A stretch of 64,000 nt of DNA, taken from Candidatus Saccharimonadales bacterium. Lineage in GTDB: Bacteria > Patescibacteriota > Saccharimonadia > Saccharimonadales > DATKHC01. The notes under the pieces were generated by a model that saw only the letters and a program-made list of their open reading frames with translations, did no database searches and was not told the DNA's origin. This document shows positions 37,015-44,777 of this stretch, in pieces. The stretch is taken from positions 266,164 through 330,163 of the forward strand of contig JBBQBA010000002.1 of NCBI GenBank assembly GCA_038317055.1, in the 5' to 3' direction. The translations under genes and the position numbers were made by a program. Position 1 is the stretch's first letter, and the number at the start of each line of letters is the position of its first letter.

Positions 37015-37815
37015 CTATTTAGAACTCAAAAATTCTATGATTAGATCAGAAGTTATTTTTGGACTAATCACTACGGTATTGTGACTAACTCCATCGAGTT
37101 CTTGGAGCTTTATATTACTGTAATTCTTTATACCCTCCCTGATATTAACTACAAGGGACCAACTATCTTGAACGCCGTGGATAAATAGTATTTTTTTACT
37201 TACGAGTTTTTTTATCAAATCTGGCATAAAGTCATGTAGGATACAGCCATATATTGTTGATCGAAATACCGCGAAGGGGTTCATGAGTGATTCTTTTGCC
37301 ATTTTATCGGTGTAAAGTTGAGTTGCAAATAAACCCCTTATAAACTTAGAATGTAGGCCTAAAAACCAACTAGTTTTCGTAATAATATCACCCTTAATTC
37401 GATTTCCAAGTGCATAGCGTACCCATATATTTGTTGACATCAATGATCTAGCTTGAGACTCATTGTTATAAAAAAGTGCACCAATTCCAATAATTTTGTT
37501 TACTTCCTTTGGGTATTTAATTGCATAGTTCATCGCTAGAAGACTACCCATTGAGAGTCCAACAATATCAAATGGTCCAGTAATGCTTTGGTTATCTAGA
37601 GTAGCCTTAATTGCTTCAATATGATTATTGTAGGTGTAGTTAATCTTAGGTTTAGGTGAATGACCATATCCAAGTAAGTCCATTCTAATTACTTCAAAAT
37701 GTTGTTCTAGAGCTGGCATTATAGGGTCCCAAATAGATATACCTCCAGCTACTCCATGAATTAGTACTAATAAAGGACCTTTTCCACTCCTACTAATATT
37801 TAAGATATTCTGCAT
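37015..37815 (-). CDS. alpha/beta hydrolase
   Basis: It has the HGVAGG oxyanion region, the nucleophile elbow GLSMGS, and a C-terminal His (VSHN). Confidence 0.8.
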   Translation of the reverse strand: MQNILNISRSGKGPLLVLIHGVAGGISIWDPIMPALEQHFEVIRMDLLGYGHSPKPKINYTYNNHIEAIKATLDNQSITGPFDIVGLSMGSLLAMNYAIKYPKEVNKIIGIGALFYNNESQARSLMSTNIWVRYALGNRIKGDIITKTSWFLGLHSKFIRGLFATQLYTDKMAKESLMNPFAVFRSTIYGCILHDFMPDLIKKLVSKKILFIHGVQDSWSLVVNIREGIKNYSNIKLQELDGVSHNTVVISPKITSDLIIEFLSSK

Positions 37816-37818
37816 AAA

Positions 37819-38448
37819 TTAAGTTTTAACTATATATGGAGCTTGTTTAGAATATTTAGTTTCTGTAATGAGATCTAGCATTGCTAAGACCACCGATTCT
37901 CGGTTAATCATATCCCAGGGTAGGGGGGTTTTATTGACTAGCTTAAACTTATTTTTGTCGCCAGATTCATTCATTACTGGAGACCTTAGAATTGTCCAAT
38001 CAAGATCACTCTGGGCCAGTAACATATTGTGAATCTCGCCATCAATTAGAATTTTATGACCAATAATATTAAGACTAAGACGCGATAGTTTATCGGCAAG
38101 TCCTGACTTATCACCTTTCATTTTTGCAGCAGCACCAGTTAGCGATATTATTCGATTTATCTTATTGGCATGCATGCCTGGAATTATATTCTTCATACCT
38201 TCACTGAGAATATCTTTTTTTGGTGTACCCCAACTACCAAGCGAACTGATTACTAAATTTGATCCTTTCAATGCATTTTTAACTGATTCTGCATCATAAA
38301 TATCACCCTTAATTATTGTAAGTTTTGGTTTATTTCCTAGACTATTTTTATTATGCGTAAAAGCAACAACTTCATGACCGCGAGAAAGCGCACCATCAAC
38401 TAATAATCTACCGACTCGTCCATTTGCACCAAAAATTGTTATCTTCAT
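37819..38448 (-). CDS. NAD(P)H-binding (atypical SDR / NmrA-like) oxidoreductase
   Basis: The N-terminus is MKITIFGANGRVGRLLV. Confidence 0.8.
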   Translation of the reverse strand: MKITIFGANGRVGRLLVDGALSRGHEVVAFTHNKNSLGNKPKLTIIKGDIYDAESVKNALKGSNLVISSLGSWGTPKKDILSEGMKNIIPGMHANKINRIISLTGAAAKMKGDKSGLADKLSRLSLNIIGHKILIDGEIHNMLLAQSDLDWTILRSPVMNESGDKNKFKLVNKTPLPWDMINRESVVLAMLDLITETKYSKQAPYIVKT

Positions 38449-38480
38449 GAACTTATTATACTTTTTTTAGCCGAGAATAG

Positions 38481-39500
38481 TTATAATACTGTGCTTATTA
38501 TAGACACGGTTCTTTTATGCTGTTGGATATTAACGAAAGTATGTTTATCTATTTTCCTAACTTCTGCATCTGCGTGCATAAGCACATCCGATTCAAGCAA
38601 GAAATCGTAGGCATCACCTTCGTATAAATATTCACCAGGAAGACGACCTAATGCCAAACGTCCCATCCAACTTGCGGATTTAACAAAATTTCCCTTTTCG
38701 TAAGTGAGCTTAAGAAGAGTAGGGTCAGTTAATTTCAAACCCGGATCTGGCTTTCCGAGTTTAGCCATTCGAGGTCCACTAACTACAGTAATCTCGTGAA
38801 CTTCTTTGGTGCTACCATCACTCTCTCTGATACTAAATTCTTCTAGCTTTGATTTAGGCATCTGGCGAATTAGAATTTTACCTTGTTCGAAAAGTCTTTT
38901 GTACTCTCCAGCTCCGTGTATTTTCGCTCGGTAATCAGCACCATTAAATTTATGGGAAAGCATCGCAGTATTTCCAAATCCGACATATGAAAATGCTGGA
39001 ATCGTATACTCATCTCCATCGGGTGCTATAAAACTTGCGTCTATTGGATTAATCCGTCTAATTTTACCGTTTTCAATAATCTCAATAAGTGAAGTCTGGT
39101 TAGGGTCACCGTTAACCATGAAAGCTAAATCATTAGCGTCACCGCAAGCAATTGGGAGAGTAACTATATCGAGATGATTAAGCTCATCACTAAGAAGGGG
39201 CCTAAGTACCCTGGTAGCTGTACCGTCTCCACCTAAAGTTATTAATAGTATTGTTTGACCTTCATATTCCCATAGTTTGTTGATTAGTTCTTGTTCTTCA
39301 GTTTCTCTATCAAGTCTAGTTTTTATAGGTTCAAGCATAATACCACCGAATTTTGAGTGCTTAAGTAAAGTTAAATGTTCTTCGGCAAGCTCTGCCTGAG
39401 AAGAACTAGGATTATGTAGGACTACAATAAGGTCAAATTGATTACCAACTTGTTCAATACCTCCCTGGTCTCTGTAAGGACCAATTTCTCCCGCATTCAT
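38481..39500 (-). CDS. diacylglycerol/lipid kinase family (DAGK catalytic domain) protein
   Basis: The LITLGGDGTATRVL motif is present. Confidence 0.65.
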   Translation of the reverse strand: MNAGEIGPYRDQGGIEQVGNQFDLIVVLHNPSSSQAELAEEHLTLLKHSKFGGIMLEPIKTRLDRETEEQELINKLWEYEGQTILLITLGGDGTATRVLRPLLSDELNHLDIVTLPIACGDANDLAFMVNGDPNQTSLIEIIENGKIRRINPIDASFIAPDGDEYTIPAFSYVGFGNTAMLSHKFNGADYRAKIHGAGEYKRLFEQGKILIRQMPKSKLEEFSIRESDGSTKEVHEITVVSGPRMAKLGKPDPGLKLTDPTLLKLTYEKGNFVKSASWMGRLALGRLPGEYLYEGDAYDFLLESDVLMHADAEVRKIDKHTFVNIQQHKRTVSIISTVL

Positions 39501-39520
39501 TTAATTTAAGTATAGTAAAA

Positions 39521-39550
39521 GAGCGGAGACCATACAATCTCCGCTCAATT
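39521..39550 (-). terminator. rho-independent terminator
   Basis: The stem GAGCGGAGA/TCTCCGCTC has an 8-nt loop, followed on the minus strand by TTTTAC. It lies downstream of 39572..39973. Confidence 0.65.
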
Positions 39551-39571
39551 AATTAAATAGTTTTTTATATA

Positions 39572-39973
39572 TTAACGTTTTACTTCGTTACCATGAACCA
39601 CTATTGCATACATTATTAATGAATCAACGATCAATATAAGAATTGACCAAATAGGATAAACTGGAATTGAGGAAGCTGCAGCTAACATACTAAGTACCAC
39701 TACTAAACTTCCAAAAACTCGACCAAATATGCCGCCTTTTAGTAAAGATAGTGCTGCAATAATCAGAAGTACTCCGATTATAATATTAATCCAACCCCAT
39801 TTATTATAATTTAATACCCATACGTCTCCCGAGCTATGGATAAAAACTGCTTGTCGTGCTCGATCTGCTACTCCTTCAATAATATTGAAGAAACCAGCGA
39901 ATAAAAGCATAAAGCTAGCAAAACCTAGCCAACCTACCCATCCTGTAATTTCGTTATTGTTTGTTGTTGCCAT
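39572..39973 (-). CDS. small integral membrane protein (4 TM)
   Basis: A hydrophobic 133-aa ORF. The WGW...YPIWS pattern resembles actinobacterial membrane DUFs. Confidence 0.6.
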   Translation of the reverse strand: MATTNNNEITGWVGWLGFASFMLLFAGFFNIIEGVADRARQAVFIHSSGDVWVLNYNKWGWINIIIGVLLIIAALSLLKGGIFGRVFGSLVVVLSMLAAASSIPVYPIWSILILIVDSLIMYAIVVHGNEVKR

Positions 39974-40050
39974 TATAGAACCCTCCTAAAGTTTTTATAC
40001 TTTAAAATATAGTCCTGATTTTCTATAAATACAATAACTGAAGTAGATAA

Positions 40051-41358
40051 TTAGGGATCTAACCTATTTATACCCCTATAAATGTAGGTAACTTCTCGAA
40101 TATTACTTATGTCTAGCATTTTCATTATTAATCGGGCAGGTCCATTACCAAAACCACCATGTGGAGGACATCCATACTTAAAGAAATCTACATAAGTTTG
40201 CATGTGTTCTAACTTGATGCCTTTAAGCTTAATATTTTCTAATACTTTATCGTGACGATGTTCACGTTGAGCTCCGGAACTTACCTCAAGTCCATTCCAT
40301 AGAAGGTCAAATGATTTACACAAATCTCCCTCGTCATATCGCATACTATAGAAAGCTCGACCGGCAAAAGGATAATCTTTAACAAATAAGAATTCATTGC
40401 CGGTTTTATCAAAGAAATGCTTGGAAATAGCTTTTTCTTCTTCGGGACTCAAATCTGCTGGTTTTAAGTTAGGTATATTCATACCTTTTAATATTTCTTT
40501 TGCCTCGTTAAAGGAAACAACTGGGAAGGGTAGTTTAGGAACTTTCAAATCTCTGTTATATTCTTTCTTTATTTGTTCACCGTGTTTATCTATAACTTTT
40601 TCGATCATATGCGCTACGACTTTGGCATGTTCATCCATAACATCATCAACAGATGTAATATAAGATATCTCAGCGTCATAACCAGTGAATTCAGTAGAGT
40701 GTCTCGAGGTAAAAGATGGGTCGGCACGGAAAACTGGACCAACTTCGAATACTTTTTCTAGACCTGCTGACATTGCCATTTGTTTATAGAATTGTGGTGA
40801 TTGTGCCAAGTAGGCCGTGGTATCAAAATAGGGAACTGCAAATAATTCAGCCCCTGATTCACTTGGAGTACTCATAAACTTTGGTGAAAATATTTGTATA
40901 TAGTTTTCTTTTATCCAATACTCTCTCATGGCTTCTTCCATAGATGTCCAGACTTTGAATATAAGACTATTTTCGGGCTTTCTTATATCTAGCCATCGCC
41001 AATCTAGTCTCTTTTGTAGATCTGTATCTGAATTGGTTTTAACGTTAACTGGAATTGGTAACATTGGGTCGGAAAGTGATAATATCTCCAACTTTTCAGC
41101 TTTAATCTCAAGATCAGAGTCAGAACCAGGCTTCTTAACAACCATTCCAGAAATAGATAAAACTGATTCCAATGTGGTAGATGAAGCAACTTTAAAGATT
41201 TCTTCATTTTCTTTAGATACTACAACCTGTATTGTTCCTGTAATATCACGCAGTTCAATAAAGATAATTTTGCTTTGTTTTCTTAAATTTTGAGCAAAAC
41301 CAAATACTTCTGCAGTCTCATCTATTTTAGTTTTTAGCTCATCTATTCTTGTTCTCAT
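40051..41358 (-). CDS. aspS: aspartate--tRNA ligase, archaeal/short type (possibly non-discriminating)
   Basis: It has an N-terminal OB fold, the class II motifs FRADPSFTSRHSTEF and GGFGNGPARL, and a T-box leader upstream with an apparent GAU specifier. Confidence 0.8.
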   Translation of the reverse strand: MRTRIDELKTKIDETAEVFGFAQNLRKQSKIIFIELRDITGTIQVVVSKENEEIFKVASSTTLESVLSISGMVVKKPGSDSDLEIKAEKLEILSLSDPMLPIPVNVKTNSDTDLQKRLDWRWLDIRKPENSLIFKVWTSMEEAMREYWIKENYIQIFSPKFMSTPSESGAELFAVPYFDTTAYLAQSPQFYKQMAMSAGLEKVFEVGPVFRADPSFTSRHSTEFTGYDAEISYITSVDDVMDEHAKVVAHMIEKVIDKHGEQIKKEYNRDLKVPKLPFPVVSFNEAKEILKGMNIPNLKPADLSPEEEKAISKHFFDKTGNEFLFVKDYPFAGRAFYSMRYDEGDLCKSFDLLWNGLEVSSGAQREHRHDKVLENIKLKGIKLEHMQTYVDFFKYGCPPHGGFGNGPARLIMKMLDISNIREVTYIYRGINRLDP

Positions 41359-41361
41359 ATA

Positions 41362-41549
41362 ATTCCTTCTTAAAATAAAAAACCTTACGACATATATTAT
41401 GACGTAAGGGCGATGTTGCTCGCGGTGCCAACCTTACTTTACCCTGGTATGGGTCTATTTTTAAGCTGTATCGGGCTAACCCGGAGAGTTCTAGTTACCA
41501 TTATGGCTTTCTTCTCTCGCCTCAGCTGTGTCAGCAGCATCAGTGGCTT
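41362..41549 (-). promoter_or_regulatory. T-box riboswitch leader (tRNA-Asp-responsive) with a terminator/antiterminator switch
   Basis: On the minus strand, the T-box sequence AAGGTTGGCACCGCG maps to plus 41421-41435. The antiterminator pairs GTAAGG with CCTTAC around a UGGC bulge. The terminator CCTTACGTC...GTCGTAAGG plus T7 maps to plus 41374-41409. Stem I ends ...CCCGAUACAGC, with GAU followed by the conserved purine. Confidence 0.8.
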
Positions 41550-41555
41550 ATTTAT

Positions 41556-41583
41556 ATTCTACAGATGTTTAACAGATTATCAA
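41556..41583 (-). promoter_or_regulatory. promoter of the T-box leader (TTGATA-16-TAGAAT)
   Basis: The minus strand reads TTGATAatctgttaaacatctgTAGAAT. Confidence 0.5.
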
Positions 41584-41588
41584 ACAGG

Positions 41589-41813
41589 TTAACGTGGTTG
41601 TCTTGAACTTAACTCTCTATTAAGTTCAATTATTTCTTCTGGTGTTTGAGGGGTTCTTCTCGATAATTCAAGTATTTCTCTCCTTGTTGTGCCCTCATAG
41701 TCATCACAACCAGATGGAACTGCAATTCGACCCACTTCATTTGTTAAATCAGTATTCAATCCTAGGCTTTCAACCACGTCTCTAAGATCATTGTCTTCCG
41801 GTCCTCCTATCAT
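41589..41813 (-). CDS. hypothetical small protein
   Basis: A 74-aa ORF. I recognise no family. Confidence 0.4.
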   Translation of the reverse strand: MIGGPEDNDLRDVVESLGLNTDLTNEVGRIAVPSGCDDYEGTTRREILELSRRTPQTPEEIIELNRELSSRQPR

Positions 41814-41859
41814 AAAAAACTCCTCGATTATGTTATAGAAACGATTATAGATTATAAGT

Positions 41860-42240
41860 TTATTTTATTCCAAGCGTACTATAAATAACATCTATTACTT
41901 GTGCAGGAGTATGTTGAACTTTTACGATGTATCTATCAACGTTTAATAATCTTAGTGACTGTGAAGCTTCATCCTTACTTACGTTTGTAAGCACTATAAC
42001 TCTTATTCCAGCGCCAAAAATAGTTTGTCTTAATATCCTTAACATTTCATCTCCACTCATCCTTGGCATCTTAAGATCCAAAAGAATTAGGTGAGGTTTA
42101 TTTTTATGAATAACCTTAAGTCCTTCAATTCCATCTGATGCTTCAAACACTTGAAACCCAGACTTATGAAGTTTATATTTGTACATCATTCTAATTGCGT
42201 CATCGTCTTCAATTAAAACTATTTTGATCTGTTCTTGCAA
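41860..42240 (-). CDS. response regulator, receiver domain only
   Basis: It has IEDDD, the phospho-acceptor D in LILLDLKMP, T in VLTN, and the K region. It has a TTG start and no output domain. Confidence 0.85.
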   Translation of the reverse strand: MQEQIKIVLIEDDDAIRMMYKYKLHKSGFQVFEASDGIEGLKVIHKNKPHLILLDLKMPRMSGDEMLRILRQTIFGAGIRVIVLTNVSKDEASQSLRLLNVDRYIVKVQHTPAQVIDVIYSTLGIK

Positions 42241-42387
42241 TTCTTAAACCTTGATTTTCACCTTATATAGCGTTATAATAGTATCATGTAATCCCCTTAG
42301 CGGGCTTGTATATTAGCAGACTAAACAAAACTTAAACATTCTATTTTTTAGATGATTGAGTTTTGTTTTTTTATTTATAAACTAACC

Positions 42388-42416
42388 TTGACAAATGTTG
42401 CTAAATAATGTAGAAT
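42388..42416 (+). promoter_or_regulatory. near-consensus sigma70 promoter (TTGACA-17-TAGAAT)
   Basis: TTGACA lies at 42388-42393 and TAGAAT at 42411-42416. The ATG lies 10 nt downstream, so the leader is very short or absent. Confidence 0.6.
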
Positions 42417-42426
42417 ATGTTTTATT

Positions 42427-43038
42427 ATGACAGAGGCGCTTACACAAGGGTTTACCCCTGATTTAATTGGAGAATTCCAACAAACAGTGCTAGATACTGC
42501 CCATAACGGTGCAAATATCGACTTATTTTTGGAACAAACTGATTTACAAACAGACATCATAACTAGGGAAAACTGGCTAAAGAGACACTCGAAAGCTCTA
42601 GTTGTGGGGTCTGTTGTTGTGGCCGGTGCTTTATCGTTCTCACATTTAAATAAAACATTAGACGCTGTAGGCCACGATGCAAAATGGGCGGGCCCAGCAA
42701 TTGTTGGAACTGAAATTCTGGCGTGGGGTGGCGCTGGGGTAATGCTTGCTTCTGCAGGTTCAAAATTAGGCAATCCTCTTACTGTTAAAAAGCGATTGAG
42801 TCAGATAATTACAGACATGGAGCATAACAAAGTTTTTAATACTGGGGTGTCATTAAATGTGTTAGGTGCTATAGGTACATCAGCGGTAATAATGAGTGGT
42901 GCAATAACTTCAATGCCCTTAAGTAGCTGGCCATTAGCGGTAGAAGCTGCAGGTGCAAGTTTAGCATTATCTTATTTACCAGTTGTTATTTCACAAAATA
43001 GTGGTAATAAGAACGAAAGTACCCAAGGGATAAAATAG
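42427..43038 (+). CDS. polytopic membrane protein (about 4 TM), unknown family
   Basis: A 203-aa ORF with G/A-rich helices. Its stop lies 2 nt before the next start. The antisense ORF 42375..42773 was judged spurious. Confidence 0.6.
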   Translation: MTEALTQGFTPDLIGEFQQTVLDTAHNGANIDLFLEQTDLQTDIITRENWLKRHSKALVVGSVVVAGALSFSHLNKTLDAVGHDAKWAGPAIVGTEILAWGGAGVMLASAGSKLGNPLTVKKRLSQIITDMEHNKVFNTGVSLNVLGAIGTSAVIMSGAITSMPLSSWPLAVEAAGASLALSYLPVVISQNSGNKNESTQGIK

Positions 43039-43040
43039 TT

Positions 43041-43832
43041 ATGTCAATTACTTCACCGATACAAGAATTTGGTCTTGATAATAGTGTTTCTGCAGAAGTA
43101 TTTTCTGGTCACGAAGATGCAGTCTTCTGGCTAGGTCATGTTGCTACCGGAGACAATATTATAGACCAAAATTATTATAATGGTCTGATGCGTTTTCGTG
43201 GGAATGTATACGTAAGAGAATTACACTTTTTAACAGAATCTCAATTGGATAGCAAGGGTAGAGAAATAGATGAAGATGATATAAGATCTGTTGAATTTGT
43301 CGTTTTAGAAAAAGATAAAAGCGAAGATGGCGTTCTAGCTGAAGTCGTAGGTAGTACTAGACTAATAATGAAATCCGACGATAAGAAAAAATTACCAATA
43401 GAACACTATTTTCCTGAAGTATTTACTGACGAGCCGGCCAGTAAAGGTACTGGTGAAGTATCCAGGTTTATTGCTCGTCATCATGATAAAGCAACTCAAA
43501 GCGCTTTATCTCTATCGTTAATAAGGACCGCTGTTTTGTATTCTATGAAAAATGGAATAGACACTCAATACTTCATGATCGAAGAGCCATTAGTTCGTTT
43601 ATTTAATGCAATGCGTATACCACTTGATTTAATGGGAGAATCAAAATACGTACCAGAATATGAAGGAATTCTTTATCCCGCCAGAGTACACCCAAAGGAG
43701 ATATTTGACAAAATTACTTCAATTGAAACTGGAAGTATTGCCCTAAAACTAAAAGCTCATTTCGAAACAGCTGCAAGTGAAACTGGAGAAGGATATTATG
43801 ACGCTTCTTTACAAGGAGTAAGTAATGACTGA
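43041..43832 (+). CDS. LuxI/FeeM-like N-acyl synthase (GNAT-fold acyltransferase)
   Basis: Four motifs appear in the order seen in autoinducer and N-acyl-amino-acid synthases: MRFRGNVYVRE (R..VF), REIDEDD (E-x-D-x-x-D), VGSTRLI and GEVSRFIA (E-x-SRF). Confidence 0.55.
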   Translation: MSITSPIQEFGLDNSVSAEVFSGHEDAVFWLGHVATGDNIIDQNYYNGLMRFRGNVYVRELHFLTESQLDSKGREIDEDDIRSVEFVVLEKDKSEDGVLAEVVGSTRLIMKSDDKKKLPIEHYFPEVFTDEPASKGTGEVSRFIARHHDKATQSALSLSLIRTAVLYSMKNGIDTQYFMIEEPLVRLFNAMRIPLDLMGESKYVPEYEGILYPARVHPKEIFDKITSIETGSIALKLKAHFETAASETGEGYYDASLQGVSND

Positions 43833-44709
43833 TTCAGCTAGATTTGAAAGAAATCTCGGATTTTTATCAGTCGAAGAACAAGCGATTATCCAAGGTTCAA
43901 GTGTGGCAATAGCCGGAGCAGGTGGAGATGGTGGGATGCTTGCAATTCAACTTGCAAGAATGGGCGTGGGTGAACTTAGATTAGCTGATCCAGACCCTTT
44001 TGAAATTGAAAACATTAATAGACAAGCAGTTTGTACTGATCTAACTGTAGGAAAGAATAAGGCTACTGCTGTAGCGGAATTTGTTAAATTAATAAATCCA
44101 GATATATCTACAATAGTTTATGAAGATGGTATAAACATACTTAATGTTGAATCTTTCTTAACAGGTGCTGATTTGCTAATAGATGAAACTGAATTTACAC
44201 TCCATGCATTAGCGGTTTTATTAGCACGAGAAGCAAGAAACCAAAATATACCAAACTTGACAGCAATGAATGTAGGTTTTGGTACTGTAGTAACAACATA
44301 TAAACCTGATGGTCCAAAGCTAGAAAAAAGATTGGGCTTCAAGGAAGATCAAGGAATAATAGAAATAGACGAAGCAGTCGTACCTCTCAGCCGGTGGTTA
44401 CCATATATACCTCCATATGCAGATTTAAAAGTATTTGAAAAAGTGGCAAAAGGCGAAAAATCCGCACCATCAGTTGCTCCGGGGGTTGCGATGGCTGCAG
44501 GAGTAGGGGCTAGTCAAGCAATGTTAAACTTATTGCGAGAAAGCGATAACAAACGAGTGAAACCCACTTATGCACCTCGCGCTATTGTAATAGACGCTAT
44601 GACTATAAAAGCAAGAAAAGTTCGATATAACAGAACATCGCATTACAAATCATTGTCTAGAATGGTTGCACGAAATACTCTTCACTTAAATCCATCAGCA
44701 AGTTATTAG
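43825..44709 (+). CDS. ThiF/MoeB/HesA-family E1-like adenylyltransferase (no CxxC zinc motifs, single Cys)
   Basis: Motifs VAIAGAGGDGGMLA, LADPDPFEIENINRQ, GKNKA and LLIDETE are present. It overlaps the upstream gene by 8 nt. Confidence 0.8.
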   Translation: MTDSARFERNLGFLSVEEQAIIQGSSVAIAGAGGDGGMLAIQLARMGVGELRLADPDPFEIENINRQAVCTDLTVGKNKATAVAEFVKLINPDISTIVYEDGINILNVESFLTGADLLIDETEFTLHALAVLLAREARNQNIPNLTAMNVGFGTVVTTYKPDGPKLEKRLGFKEDQGIIEIDEAVVPLSRWLPYIPPYADLKVFEKVAKGEKSAPSVAPGVAMAAGVGASQAMLNLLRESDNKRVKPTYAPRAIVIDAMTIKARKVRYNRTSHYKSLSRMVARNTLHLNPSASY

Positions 44710-44777
44710 TATAATTACCTTCATAAATTAATCCATTTTATGGTAATTTAACTACTGTTTATGACATAATTAAACTA

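Noticed and set aside
42375-42773. A 132-aa minus-strand ORF lies antisense to the membrane protein gene.
   Set aside because: The plus-strand ORF has a consensus promoter, a membrane-protein-like composition and tight coupling to the next gene. The minus ORF has none of these.
43825-44709. I considered whether the ThiF-like gene is an MccB-type microcin C synthetase, with the GNAT as MccE-like immunity.
   Set aside because: The protein starts directly with the adenylation domain and has no N-terminal peptide-clamp region. I found no short upstream ORF ending in Asn, and the membrane protein is not an MFS exporter.
41589-44777. I looked for a ThiS/MoaD-like ubiquitin-fold partner (a small ORF ending in Gly-Gly) for the E1-like enzyme.
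   Set aside because: No small ORF with a GG C-terminus is visible in or around the operon on either strand.
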